Positions 32,402-42,588 of a stretch of DNA of 64,000 bases are shown in pieces. Where the stretch lies: assembly GCA_973895155.1 (NCBI GenBank), contig OZ316891.1:186001-250000 (forward strand), read 5' to 3'. Every line of letters begins with the position of its first letter. The stretch's first letter is position 1. The notes beneath the pieces are model-generated. The model was not told the origin of the DNA, did no database searches, and saw only the letters and a list, made by a program, of their open reading frames with translations. Origin of the DNA: Marsupella aquatica. Taxonomy: Eukaryota > Plantae > Marchantiophyta. The translations under genes and the position numbers were made by a program.

Positions 32402-35400
32402 TGTGGTGCGTCCCATGGCTCCCTAAACCCAAGAAACCCCCCAGCTCAAGCCGATTCCCGCAGGTTTCGTGCTTGGCGAGGCCGTTTCCGCGGCTTAGCG
32501 GCATGGGACGCTGCTAACCTTCTACTACTACTATTAACATTTTACACACATATACTGGACAGATCCTTCATCGGGTCATGAGATACGTAGCCGGCCTAAT
32601 ATAGGCCTTCCCCTGTCTTCCCCTGTCTTCCCCTCCGTCTTGTTAGGTATGTTTGGATTCCGCCGCCGGAATGATCCCCAATAGGCTTGGTTAAGCCGCT
32701 AAGACCTCTCTCAGCTCGACACATCCAACTCTCACTCCCCTGCTTACTTTCCTTCCTTCTGTTGATGTGGGCACTCTTCACACAAGTTAATGCGACACAC
32801 AAATAGCAAAATGACTCATTCTGACTGAGTCATACCATGCACTTGCCATACAAACAGTACATCTCATACACAAGTTCTGCGAACTAAGCCGTGAGGCCAA
32901 CTCTATTCAGCTCTTAGGCATGAGGAAACATGAATATACACAAGGGTCACTGTATGACTAACCGAGAGCTTCTCGTACTACTTGATCCCAGCCCGGCTGG
33001 TGCAAACTAAAAACTTGCTAAAGAAGAGGCCCTGAGCTCCCCGCTGCCCAGGTACTTATCCTGGTAGTGGATCCGCCATTCTTTGCATCGTAAGCCTAAT
33101 CTACTTAACAGTAATCTACTTGCCCAAATCTACCTATGTACAGCAAGGCAGGAGCACAAGTGTTGCTCCTACCAGTGGGACCGCAATCCCACTAAGCTAA
33201 GTGTCAGGGCCGCTCCTGGTTCTGATCCTAATCCTAAACGTGGAGATCCGTGCCCGCCCTGCCCACTCACGCCTCCTCCCTCCACGTCCGCCCTCCCTAA
33301 AAGGAACGGCGCCCTTGCACCGTCACGACACCGGTGGTGGATCCTCAATGGACGCCCCCAACACTTCCTCCTCAGCCACTGCCGTTGGCCCGCCTACTGA
33401 CAGATTACCTGCCCTTGACCGAGTCAACTCTCCATCGGCCTGACTGGGTCCACCTTCGGCTTCAGCCTCGACAACTCCCACGGCTTCGGCTTCAGCCAAC
33501 CCCACGGCTTCGGCCTCCCCTTCCCCTAGGGTAGTTGGATCCTTAGCCGTGACCCTGTCTGGGGTCGGTGCTGGGTCTACCTCCTTGATCACCACGACCT
33601 GTGAAGTCGTATTACTCCTTGACCCTGAAGGTTTCCGCTTCTTCTTCGTTGGTGGCTCGGCAGCTGGTCCCTTCCCCTTCCCACTTACCTCCGGCACTGG
33701 TGCAGGTGGCGCGGCTTGTCCTTCGGCAATTACCACCCCTGGTAACTGGTTTGTCCCAACAGGAGATGGACCTGCTGCAGCTAAGCATTTAAATACTGCG
33801 GCTTGTTTCTTCAGCCGCTCTGTTTGGTTGTCGGCCCGCCGCTGTAGGTTCTCCATCTTCCTCGTGATTTCCTCCAACTCCTCTTGGGTTTCATCCAGGT
33901 CCTTACGTGCCCCCTCCAGCTCGTTTTTGGCCTCCTCCTGCTCCCTGTGGGCTTCCTCCAATTCCTTCTTCAAGGTAGCCTTCTCCTCCTGGGTTGCTCT
34001 TAGCTCCTTGTCGAGCTCTGCAATGATGACAGACTCCATCTGGTTCATCTTGGCGTAAGTCTGTTCGAGCATCTCGTCCTTCTCCCTTAGGTCGGCCTTG
34101 AAGCTGGCCGTCAGGGACGCAAGCTCCTGCTGCAGCGCCATAATCCCTTGATAGGATTTCCCTAACTCGACCTCCTTCTGCTCAAGGGCTCCGCGGATTT
34201 TCTCGAGCTCCCCTTTCAACGCCCATTCCTTTCTTTGGGTCTCCGCCATGGCCCGACTGTTGGCTGTTATGTGGGCCTCCTCTGTATTCTTCAGCTCTTG
34301 CTTCCACTTTTCCCTTTCTTTGATCGTGTCGGCCAACTCTTCCTGCGTCTGAGTCAGTTTATCCTTGATATTCTGATTATCAGCCTGCGCGGCGTCCAAC
34401 TGCCCCTGCATGATGTTCAGCTCATGTCGTTTAATCCGCAGTTCATCTTGGGCTTTCTTGGCCGCCCTTAGATCTTCAATCTCGGCTCCCATCCTCCTAA
34501 GCCGCCGAATGACCTCGTCCTTCTTGCTTCTCTCTAAAGCCACCGCTTCTTCTAATTGGTGCTTCTCCAACTGCTCCCTATGGAAAAAGGGTCCTACCTC
34601 CAACTCCTCTCCAAAGATGCCGAGCGCAAGTTCCCCACACATCTCACCATACTCCATGGCTCTATTCTTAGCGTAGGTGGAGTAAGTAGAAGTGATCGGC
34701 ATCGCCCATCGTGGCCTCTGCTCCCAAGCCGTCCTGCGGATCTCTTCAATCGTGGCTAGAGGTTTGCTTCCTTTTTTGGCTAGCCGCCTGATGTCCTCCG
34801 GCCAATCTCCTCCTGGTAAATCCTTTTCCTTAGCCAGGGCGGCCTCTTCCTCCTGCTTGATTCGCTCCTGAAATTCCTGCACCGTCTGTTTTATGCCGTC
34901 GAAGCTCGGGGGAGCAACATCTGGTGGGGGAGACTCAGGGCTACTCTGCTGGTTGGGGTCCCCTCGCACTACCCTTGGAAGTGTGGGGACAAACCGGCCA
35001 CAGGTCCTTACTCCTGGAACGTGATGGTCCGACCCATAGCCGGAATTATCATGGCTGCAGTCCTCCACTGCCTCCTCTACCTCTTGGATTTCCGGCTTCT
35101 CCCTCTCCTCTTCCTCGGTAGGAGCTTCAGGCAATTCTGCCTCAGATTCGGAGCTTGAGGTTCCCACGTACATTCGAACACCTGGCTTGGATTCCGGCCT
35201 GATTCTCTCCTTGTCTCCAGCAAAGGGGTTTTCTCTTGTGAGCCGGTGTAGGCCTACCTCTGTAGTAGTGTCCTGCATTGTTGCCGTTGCCGTTGTTGTT
35301 ACCGATGCCGATTTCTTTTCTTTCTCCAGTAGTTTCAGCAGACTCTGCATGCCTGGTTGCTGCATCGGCAAGTCTTCCTTCCTGGGCCTAAACACCTGCT

Positions 35401-37025
35401 CGATCGTAGGACTAACAGGTGGTTGAGGCTTCTCAGCCAACGGCCTCGGTGTTGGAGCTTCCTCGGGTGCCCTTACCTGCAGGGGAAGTACCGGGGCAAA
35501 AGTCTGACCTCTGGCATACCGGCACAACAGCGGCATGTGATAGCCAAGCCGCGACACGCTCCCCATGCCGATTACCTGCTGCTCCTCCTTTAAGATCTTC
35601 TTCAATTGGTTGAGGAGGTACCCGTTGTAGTCCCGGCTTGGGTCTGGCCTTTCTGCCAGATAGACCTGTGCCTTGCCGATCTCTGCCCTCGGCAAGTTAC
35701 AATGCATGGTCACCCGCAAGAAGTCGATCATCTCTCCTATGTGCGGGTTGGTGCAGGTGTTCCGGAAGAAGCCATTCTTCGTTGATGGCCCGGGGAACGA
35801 CCGGAACTCCTTGTCAGGCAAGGTCTTCCTGGTATCAACTTTGGTCTTATTGCCCATCGGCAAGCCAAACACTTCGGCAATTACCTTGGGAGTAAGATAG
35901 AAATCCTTCCCATATATCCTCGTGCAATTGGTCTCGGGTTCCCATGACCCCACGAATTCTAATAGGTCTGACTCCGGTACCTCCGGCTTCAGCCATGGTA
36001 ATCTTACAAAGGCCTCCAAGCCGGATCCGGCCATGAAGCCTTGGTACTTCTTGGTCTGCATGGCCGTAAAGCATGCATCCTCCTCCCGTGCAAAATGTAG
36101 TTGCACCTCCACCGGTAGGGTTGCCGCCCAGCCCTTCCAGGTGTCATCCCTGGTTGGAATGGCCTTGATGGGATCGACCTCCTTCTCTTCGGCTTCTCCC
36201 TGCCTCCTGCTCTGCTGCTCGGCTGGCTTCTTTGGTGCCGCCGACCTCGTTCTTTTTGCCGGGGTGGCTTCATCGTTGACGGCTCCCTTCCTCTTCATCT
36301 CTGCTGCCGTGGAGGTTTCTCCTAGCACCGTTGCCTGGGTCCACCTTTCCGTGCTACCCTTTAATTCCCAGTGGATGTCGTTGCAGTTCTTGATGGCCTC
36401 TCGGATGCCGACGACGCTGTCTTTGCAAAACAGAAGATCGTCGAGTTGATTGGAAGTAGGCGTCCACAGGAACTCGTCCTTGATGAGTTTGCCTCCTAAG
36501 AAAGCCGTCTTGTGCAGCTCCCACAATCGAGCGAGCTCCTGCCGTTCTCGAGCTGCCCTTTCTGACTCCTCGTCCTCGTAAGTCTTGATGTACTCAGTTG
36601 CCCGTTCGAACAGGCATCCCCAGAAATGTGCCGCTTGATTGACGTTGCTCATACCCTCCTTAGGTTGATCGTCGGTATCTACTCTCTCCCCGAGTGCTTG
36701 CCTAAGCAGCTGACAGTAGTTGGCCTCCCGTAGTCGTCTGCCTAGTTCGTGCTCGCAAATGAGCCACCATCTCCTGCAAGCGCTCCTTACCCCTCTCCTC
36801 TGCCGGTCCTTCTTCCCGTTGATCCTTCCTAGCCGCCGACGCTTAACGCGCCCTAACCCTAATCGGGTTTTCACCCTTAGCCTTACCTCCGGCCTCTGCC
36901 CGGGTTCCATGGTTGCCCCTAATTGTTTATATTTTCCTTGTTTTGTCACTATACTAAGGTGTTCCTAGGGTGCCTTCCTGCTTTACCCACTTAACCGGCC
37001 GAGTGATTCCTGTCTAGGCATCACA
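32402..37025 (-). repeat. 5' LTR of family A, 4,624 bp
   Basis: Direct repeat of 21554-26177. Confidence 0.97.
33323..36949 (-). CDS. Second intact copy of the LTR-encoded 1208-aa protein
   Basis: Six amino-acid differences from the 22475-26101 copy. Confidence 0.85.
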   Translation of the reverse strand: MTKQGKYKQLGATMEPGQRPEVRLRVKTRLGLGRVKRRRLGRINGKKDRQRRGVRSACRRWWLICEHELGRRLREANYCQLLRQALGERVDTDDQPKEGMSNVNQAAHFWGCLFERATEYIKTYEDEESERAARERQELARLWELHKTAFLGGKLIKDEFLWTPTSNQLDDLLFCKDSVVGIREAIKNCNDIHWELKGSTERWTQATVLGETSTAAEMKRKGAVNDEATPAKRTRSAAPKKPAEQQSRRQGEAEEKEVDPIKAIPTRDDTWKGWAATLPVEVQLHFAREEDACFTAMQTKKYQGFMAGSGLEAFVRLPWLKPEVPESDLLEFVGSWEPETNCTRIYGKDFYLTPKVIAEVFGLPMGNKTKVDTRKTLPDKEFRSFPGPSTKNGFFRNTCTNPHIGEMIDFLRVTMHCNLPRAEIGKAQVYLAERPDPSRDYNGYLLNQLKKILKEEQQVIGMGSVSRLGYHMPLLCRYARGQTFAPVLPLQVRAPEEAPTPRPLAEKPQPPVSPTIEQVFRPRKEDLPMQQPGMQSLLKLLEKEKKSASVTTTATATMQDTTTEVGLHRLTRENPFAGDKERIRPESKPGVRMYVGTSSSESEAELPEAPTEEEEREKPEIQEVEEAVEDCSHDNSGYGSDHHVPGVRTCGRFVPTLPRVVRGDPNQQSSPESPPPDVAPPSFDGIKQTVQEFQERIKQEEEAALAKEKDLPGGDWPEDIRRLAKKGSKPLATIEEIRRTAWEQRPRWAMPITSTYSTYAKNRAMEYGEMCGELALGIFGEELEVGPFFHREQLEKHQLEEAVALERSKKDEVIRRLRRMGAEIEDLRAAKKAQDELRIKRHELNIMQGQLDAAQADNQNIKDKLTQTQEELADTIKEREKWKQELKNTEEAHITANSRAMAETQRKEWALKGELEKIRGALEQKEVELGKSYQGIMALQQELASLTASFKADLREKDEMLEQTYAKMNQMESVIIAELDKELRATQEEKATLKKELEEAHREQEEAKNELEGARKDLDETQEELEEITRKMENLQRRADNQTERLKKQAAVFKCLAAAGPSPVGTNQLPGVVIAEGQAAPPAPVPEVSGKGKGPAAEPPTKKKRKPSGSRSNTTSQVVVIKEVDPAPTPDRVTAKDPTTLGEGEAEAVGLAEAEAVGVVEAEAEGGPSQADGELTRSRAGNLSVGGPTAVAEEEVLGASIEDPPPVS

Positions 37026-37093
37026 TGAAGCATTGAGGGACAGGCAACGCGGGCACTGGTATTTCTCTATTGGCTTTTATTACAGGAGGCATC

Positions 37094-38020
37094 ATGCCTT
37101 CCAAACGGAAGCGTGAACTTGTCCCCCTTCCAACTTCCCAGTGTGCTCCCATCTTCCAAGGGGTCAGAGTCTTTTTTGTCCCAGGTATTCAGAGTGCAAG
37201 ATTGGATATCCTTAGGAGAAAACTCATTGAGTGTCACGGTATAGAGACACAATCTCAACTACAGGACACTGAAGTCACCCATATTATTGCAGAAACATGG
37301 GAACATTGTCTGAAAATGGCATCTTGGTCGGTTTTCTATGACAAAGTCTTCTTGAGGCATGTCAAAATACTTTCAGCAGAATGGATGTCTGACTCCCTTA
37401 GAAAAGGGAGTGTCCAAGATCCTGATGATTACAATTTGTTTGAGAGCAAGTACAATAGCGTCCAAATGATGAAAGACAGTCGAGATTGGCACAAGGCTCG
37501 TAGAATTGCAGGGAGAGGTGGGAGTAGGGTTCTGTCTATTGACCAGATCACAAAAGTATACAACAACATTATCCCATATGAGACAGAACCCATCCCAGAC
37601 CGTACCATGTTCAGAGGTGTGAGGGCTGTTATACTTGACAAGTCTATCAAGCCATATAGGGTCTGTCGTTTCAAGAGGGAGATCAGTAGAAGAGGTGGTA
37701 CAGTGATTGAGAAGCTCACTAATGAGACCACCCATCTCATTGCTCATTCATATTCTAAGGCATGCCGACAGTATGGAAAGTCCACAGTACGATGGCTCAT
37801 CACACATGGGCTGCGTGTGGTCTGCCCTGAATGGGTCAGGCAGTCACTTTCAACAAATATGCGATTAGATGAGCATAAATATGATTTATATGAAATATGG
37901 CCAGCAAAGCCATTCATTCCCTATGACGACCCAAAATATGTTACTTCTGAGTTCCAGACCACGGATGAAGAGTTTTCTGATAGTGCGTATGATTCTGTTA
38001 GCCCTAATGATTATGAATAA
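37094..38020 (+). CDS. Tandem BRCT-domain protein (DNA polymerase lambda-like BRCT) inside the CACTA
   Basis: Two repeats: IFQGVRVFFV...VTHIIA...SAEWMSDSL and MFRGVRAVIL...TTHLIA...CPEWVRQSL; N-terminal MPSKRKR. Confidence 0.8.
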   Translation: MPSKRKRELVPLPTSQCAPIFQGVRVFFVPGIQSARLDILRRKLIECHGIETQSQLQDTEVTHIIAETWEHCLKMASWSVFYDKVFLRHVKILSAEWMSDSLRKGSVQDPDDYNLFESKYNSVQMMKDSRDWHKARRIAGRGGSRVLSIDQITKVYNNIIPYETEPIPDRTMFRGVRAVILDKSIKPYRVCRFKREISRRGGTVIEKLTNETTHLIAHSYSKACRQYGKSTVRWLITHGLRVVCPEWVRQSLSTNMRLDEHKYDLYEIWPAKPFIPYDDPKYVTSEFQTTDEEFSDSAYDSVSPNDYE

Positions 38021-38413
38021 GGTCTTAACTGTCTGTATGCTAGACGGTTACATTTTTGAAATAAACTTTTGTGTGTTATTTTTTGTCTACAAGACATTAC
38101 TCCTTTTCATCCTCCAAATGTCTTGGTTTTGCATGTGGAGATGTATGGCAGTGTATGATTTACGTTGTACCATTGACTGGTCAACGACCAAGCACTTCAC
38201 TGATTATAGCAAGTCTGTTATGATGTTGCTGCCTGCAGTGAGCAGGTCGGGCGCCAGCACAGAGCGGACTTGATAGTGAGTGTGTTTAGCGTCTATGATA
38301 TTTCCTTCATGAAACTTGCATGTGTCCCCTCCATGTACTTAGAATATGCAATTGTATAAGCCTGTCTAGTGCAAAGGGTACATAGCCAAGGGGTGCCTAC
38401 GACAGCTGAAGGT

Positions 38414-41400
38414 ATGGATCAGGCAAATGAGGATGGACAGTTGGGGCAAAGGAATCAGAGACATACCAATGAAGTGCGACTCCCTTTGCATCACCCACTG
38501 AGGATTACACGTCATGACTCCAAGTTGTGGAATAGAGAGGTGCTTAGAGCAAGTCGGGGCAGAAATGCCCGGATGAGATGCCCCTGCATGCAATGTCGAG
38601 GATACCACTCGATGACCCTGAACCAAGTGCATTCTCATCTTCAAAGGCATGGAAGACATCCAATCCGCAGGGTGTGGAATGTGCCAGAGGAAGAGGATTC
38701 ATCGGATGATGAATGGAGAGCAGATTTTGAAAATGTGAATACAGCAAGATGCTCTGCATTCTTTCATAACGTCACTGGTCATGCAGGCAACAATGCCGAA
38801 GATGAGTATGTTCCACAGGGAGGTCCCGAGACTTCTAATGAGGACGGGGCAGATGTTCCTAGGATGGTTTCCGACATTTTTCAAGACCTGGATGCACTTT
38901 ATGAAGATGCAGAGGCACAGGGGGACGAAGAACCAGACATGCATGGTGCAGATCCATCGGACCAAGAAGAGTTTGACATTGGAGAAGGAGCTGGAGATGA
39001 TGGTCAATTCTTGGGAACTGGGGCCTACTTGGAGGAAGCTAGGTCCCCATTGTATGGTGGTGTAAATTGCTCCAAACTAGGGTTCATAGTGATGTTCCTC
39101 AATATATGTGGATGTCACCGTGTGCCCAACATATGTGTAACAGAGTTGTTGATGTTCCTACAGAGGACAGTACTACCCGCTGGAAACATTGCTCCTAAGA
39201 ACATGTATGAGGCAAAGAAGGTGATGAGCAAACTTGGTTTGAATTATGTGTCCATCCATGCATGCCCAGATGGCCATGTACTTTTCAGAAAAGAATATGC
39301 TGATTGCCTATCCTGCCCTATCTGCGGAAAGCACAGATATAAGAACGTGGGGAAGTCAACTCAACCTGCTAAGGTCCTACGGCATTTCCCTCTCATTCCA
39401 AGATTGCAGCGCCTCTATAGGTGTCCATCCATTTCTAAGATGATGACTTGGACCTCTGATCAGAAGAGTACAGATGGTTTGCAACGTCACGTTGGAGATT
39501 CCAACCACTGGAAGTACATAGATGAGAAGTGGCCGGACTTTGCAGTAGAGAGCAGAAATGTGAGGTTTGGTCTAAGCCTTGACGGTGCTAATCCTTTTGG
39601 AGACAAGAACAACGTGTATTCTTGCTGGCCAGTGACTTTGATAAATTATAATCTCCCGCCTTGGATATCCACCAAGCGTTTTTTTGTGATCTTGTGTCTT
39701 ATGATTCCCGGCCCAAACTCTGCTATAAGTGCAAACATAGATGTTTGGTTGGCCCCTGCGGTGGAGGAATGGGTTACTCTATGGACACATGGAGTTATGA
39801 CAGTTGATGCACTTTGTGGACCTGGTAGACCGAGGACATTCAACCTACGTGCAATGTGTGTTAATTCAATAGCAGACTACCCTGGACATAGCATGATATC
39901 TGGGCAGGTAGGGAAGGGATATCTGGGTTGCACACGATGTGGCCCAGATGTTACATCTGAACGGTCCGTTTCCTTGGGCAGTATCAAATTCCAGGGCCAC
40001 AGGCGATATCTTCCTACCGACCACCCTTTCAGGCACAGGCAATCCCACATAGCCCACTTCAACAACCAGAGGGAGCTTCGAGAGTCTCCTGTGTTGGTTA
40101 GTAGAGACCAACTTCTGCAGTGGGGACTGAACAAGGTGTCTTATGATGAATATGGTGCTTGTAGAGACGTGCCAGATGACCCAGCAAAGACTCATGGCAT
40201 CAAAAGGCAGACAATGATGGACACATCATTGGAGTATTGGAAGGTAACATTTGCATATTCACTTGTACTCAGTGAACCTCTTCAGATCCTATGCACAACA
40301 GTTTTTAGTTCTTGTGTCTGAACCTAATTGTGGCAATCATGCGTACTTCATGGGTGCAGGATTTTGAGCCAAGCAAACATAACATTGATGTTATGCACAT
40401 TGAGAAGAATGTATACGAAAGTCTTTTGAAGTTTCTATCGGGGGACAACGATACTGCAGCAGTACGAAAGGACCTTCAGGAGAAGGGCATTCGTCCTCAA
40501 CTTTGGCTGCAAGAATCCCAGAATAGGCCGGGTGTGGTTTTCAAGTACCAAGCTCCATATGTTTGCACCCAGAACGAGTGGAACACAATTTTGTCTAGGC
40601 TGAGTTCGTTCAGAGTACCCTCTGGGTACGCTGGAGCCTTTGCAAAGCATATAAGGAAGAAGAAGTTGGGAAGCATGAAAACTCATGACTTCCATGTTAT
40701 GATGCAAGACATTCTACCAGTATGTCTGAGGGGATTGATGCAAAAACCAGTTCGCAATGTCATTTTGAGATTGTGTCAGATCTTTCGTCGTATTTGTGTG
40801 AAGGTGTGGGACCCTACAACATTTCCTCAGTTAAAGGCAGATACTGTGCGTGTGCTTTGTGACTTGGAGATTTATTTCCCGCCAGCATTTTTTGATGTCA
40901 TGACTCATTTGATCATCCATGCGGTTGAAGATCTGGGCCACTACGGCCCAGTGAGTACAAGGTGGATGTATCCAATGGAACGGTACATGAAGTTGCTAAA
41001 AGGCCATGTACGTACTTATTACAGGCCTGAAGCAAGCATGGCTCTCGGTTACATTCAAGAAGAGACCTTGGGGTTCCTTACAGAGTACATGGCTGGTGTA
41101 GACAGTGTTAGGAGCAGGGTGTGGGATGCTGAGGAAGAAGAGGGGGTGGCTGGAGAGGTTCTTCAAGGCACTTTTACTTCCTTGGAATTGTCTGCAGAAG
41201 TTCGTGATGCAGCACACTTATATGTCTTACACAATACAGTCATGATGCAACCTTGGTGGCAGTGAGTACTCATGTTTCCGCACCCTCCTTGCATTCCTTC
41301 TTTATTCATATCCATTTTGGTAGGATATGTACATTGTATTGAGAAATTGTTCTCATTGTCATCATGCAGGGAATACAATGTGCAGAAGGCCGCCCAATTA

Positions 41401-42125
41401 GGGTTAAATCACCAGGCATTCCCTACTTTTCCTGAGTGGATCAGGACAACAATTCGAGAGCATAGCAGGCAGAACCCAAACATGGATAGAGATGTTCTCC
41501 TCTTGTCTGTGCCTCCCAGACGTATTGTATAGCGGTATAAACGGATGAAAGCATATGGGAATCAGTACCGTGTGCATGATGATGAGGACAAGCATTTAGT
41601 GACATATAATTCGGGGGTAATATCTATGTTTGAGCATATAGATGCTCAGAGCAACAGGGGCTGGATGGAGATGGGATATGTTGGGGAGTTGGCAGACATC
41701 TGGGCACTGAATTATGGAAACACATCACAACAAATCATCCTAATGAAAGGTTCATGGGTGAAGCCAGATTGGCATGGGCCAAGAGCGACCATGAAACGGG
41801 ATATGGATGGCTTTCTAATGGTCAATTTTAACCAAGACTGGCAGAATGGATGGAGCCTTTTGTGTTCCCAAGTCAAGTGGAGCAAGTATTTTTTTTAGAT
41901 GTGGAGGAGTCTCGTGGTTGGCGTGTAGTCTGCCATAGCTCACCTAGAGTTCGAAGGATGGAGGGTACTAAAATAGAGTTCAGTTTGGATGCACATGGGG
42001 CCTTTGAACAGCCGGCAGTAGACGTTGTACATCGGGGCCAGGGGACCAGGGAGTACATCCCCTTGACAGTGAGACAGACTTATGAGGGAGAGGTTGAAGC
42101 TGACATGGACGAAGATGATGAGTAG
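38414..42125 (+). pseudogene. CACTA Tnp2/TnpD transposase (Transposase_21, DUF4218, DUF4216-like)
   Basis: IHACPDG...CPIC, FGLSLDGANPF, YNLPPW, IDVMHIEKNV, WMYPMERYM; introns 40244-40359 and 41262-41369; stop at 41530 and a frameshift near 41830. Confidence 0.9.
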
Positions 42126-42588
42126 TTGGATTTGTTTTGTTGTGAGTAGGTGACTCTTTGAAGTGCAATGAGTAGCAAGTATGAGCAATAAATGGATGAC
42201 TTGTTTGTGCAACCGCAGTAACTTGGTGAGTAGGATGCCAGACGAAAATGGCATGTGTGAGTATGAGAAGCAGGCTGTGAAACATCGAGCATGGGTTCGC
42301 CAATGTGCCGCAGCCCTGTTGGGTGATGTGCAAGAGGCTATTTCGGATATGTAAGGGACTGTGCATAGTATGAGCTGTATGTGTATCTCATTGTGTGCGT
42401 CTGTTCATTGTGTAGCTTTTGTAATGGACTACTACATACATAACCTGTGTCGAATTTCATGTGGGTGTTGCAGTAACAAAAGTATCCCAACACTGTCGAA
42501 GCGGAGTCAGTGTAGACGGAAGACCTTCTGTAATCCTGACGGACCTAGGCGACGCAGTGAGAGGTTGACTTCAAAGACCCCTATTTCA

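Larger units (their letters stand above)
21554..37025 (-). mobile_element. Intact Ty3/gypsy non-chromovirus LTR retrotransposon (family A), 15,472 bp
   Basis: TG...CA LTRs, 5-bp TSD TGAAG (21549-21553 and 37026-37030), PBS-like site, PPT, order gag-PR / RT-RH-INT, no chromodomain seen. Confidence 0.97.

Noticed and set aside
22235-36968. Many short plus-strand ORFs in the ORF track
   Set aside because: Antisense shadows of the long minus-strand ORFs, with no recognisable motifs
21554-37025. The 4.6-kb direct repeat as a segmental duplication or assembly artefact
   Set aside because: TG/CA ends, TSD TGAAG, PBS-like site, PPT and about 8 substitutions show these are genuine LTRs
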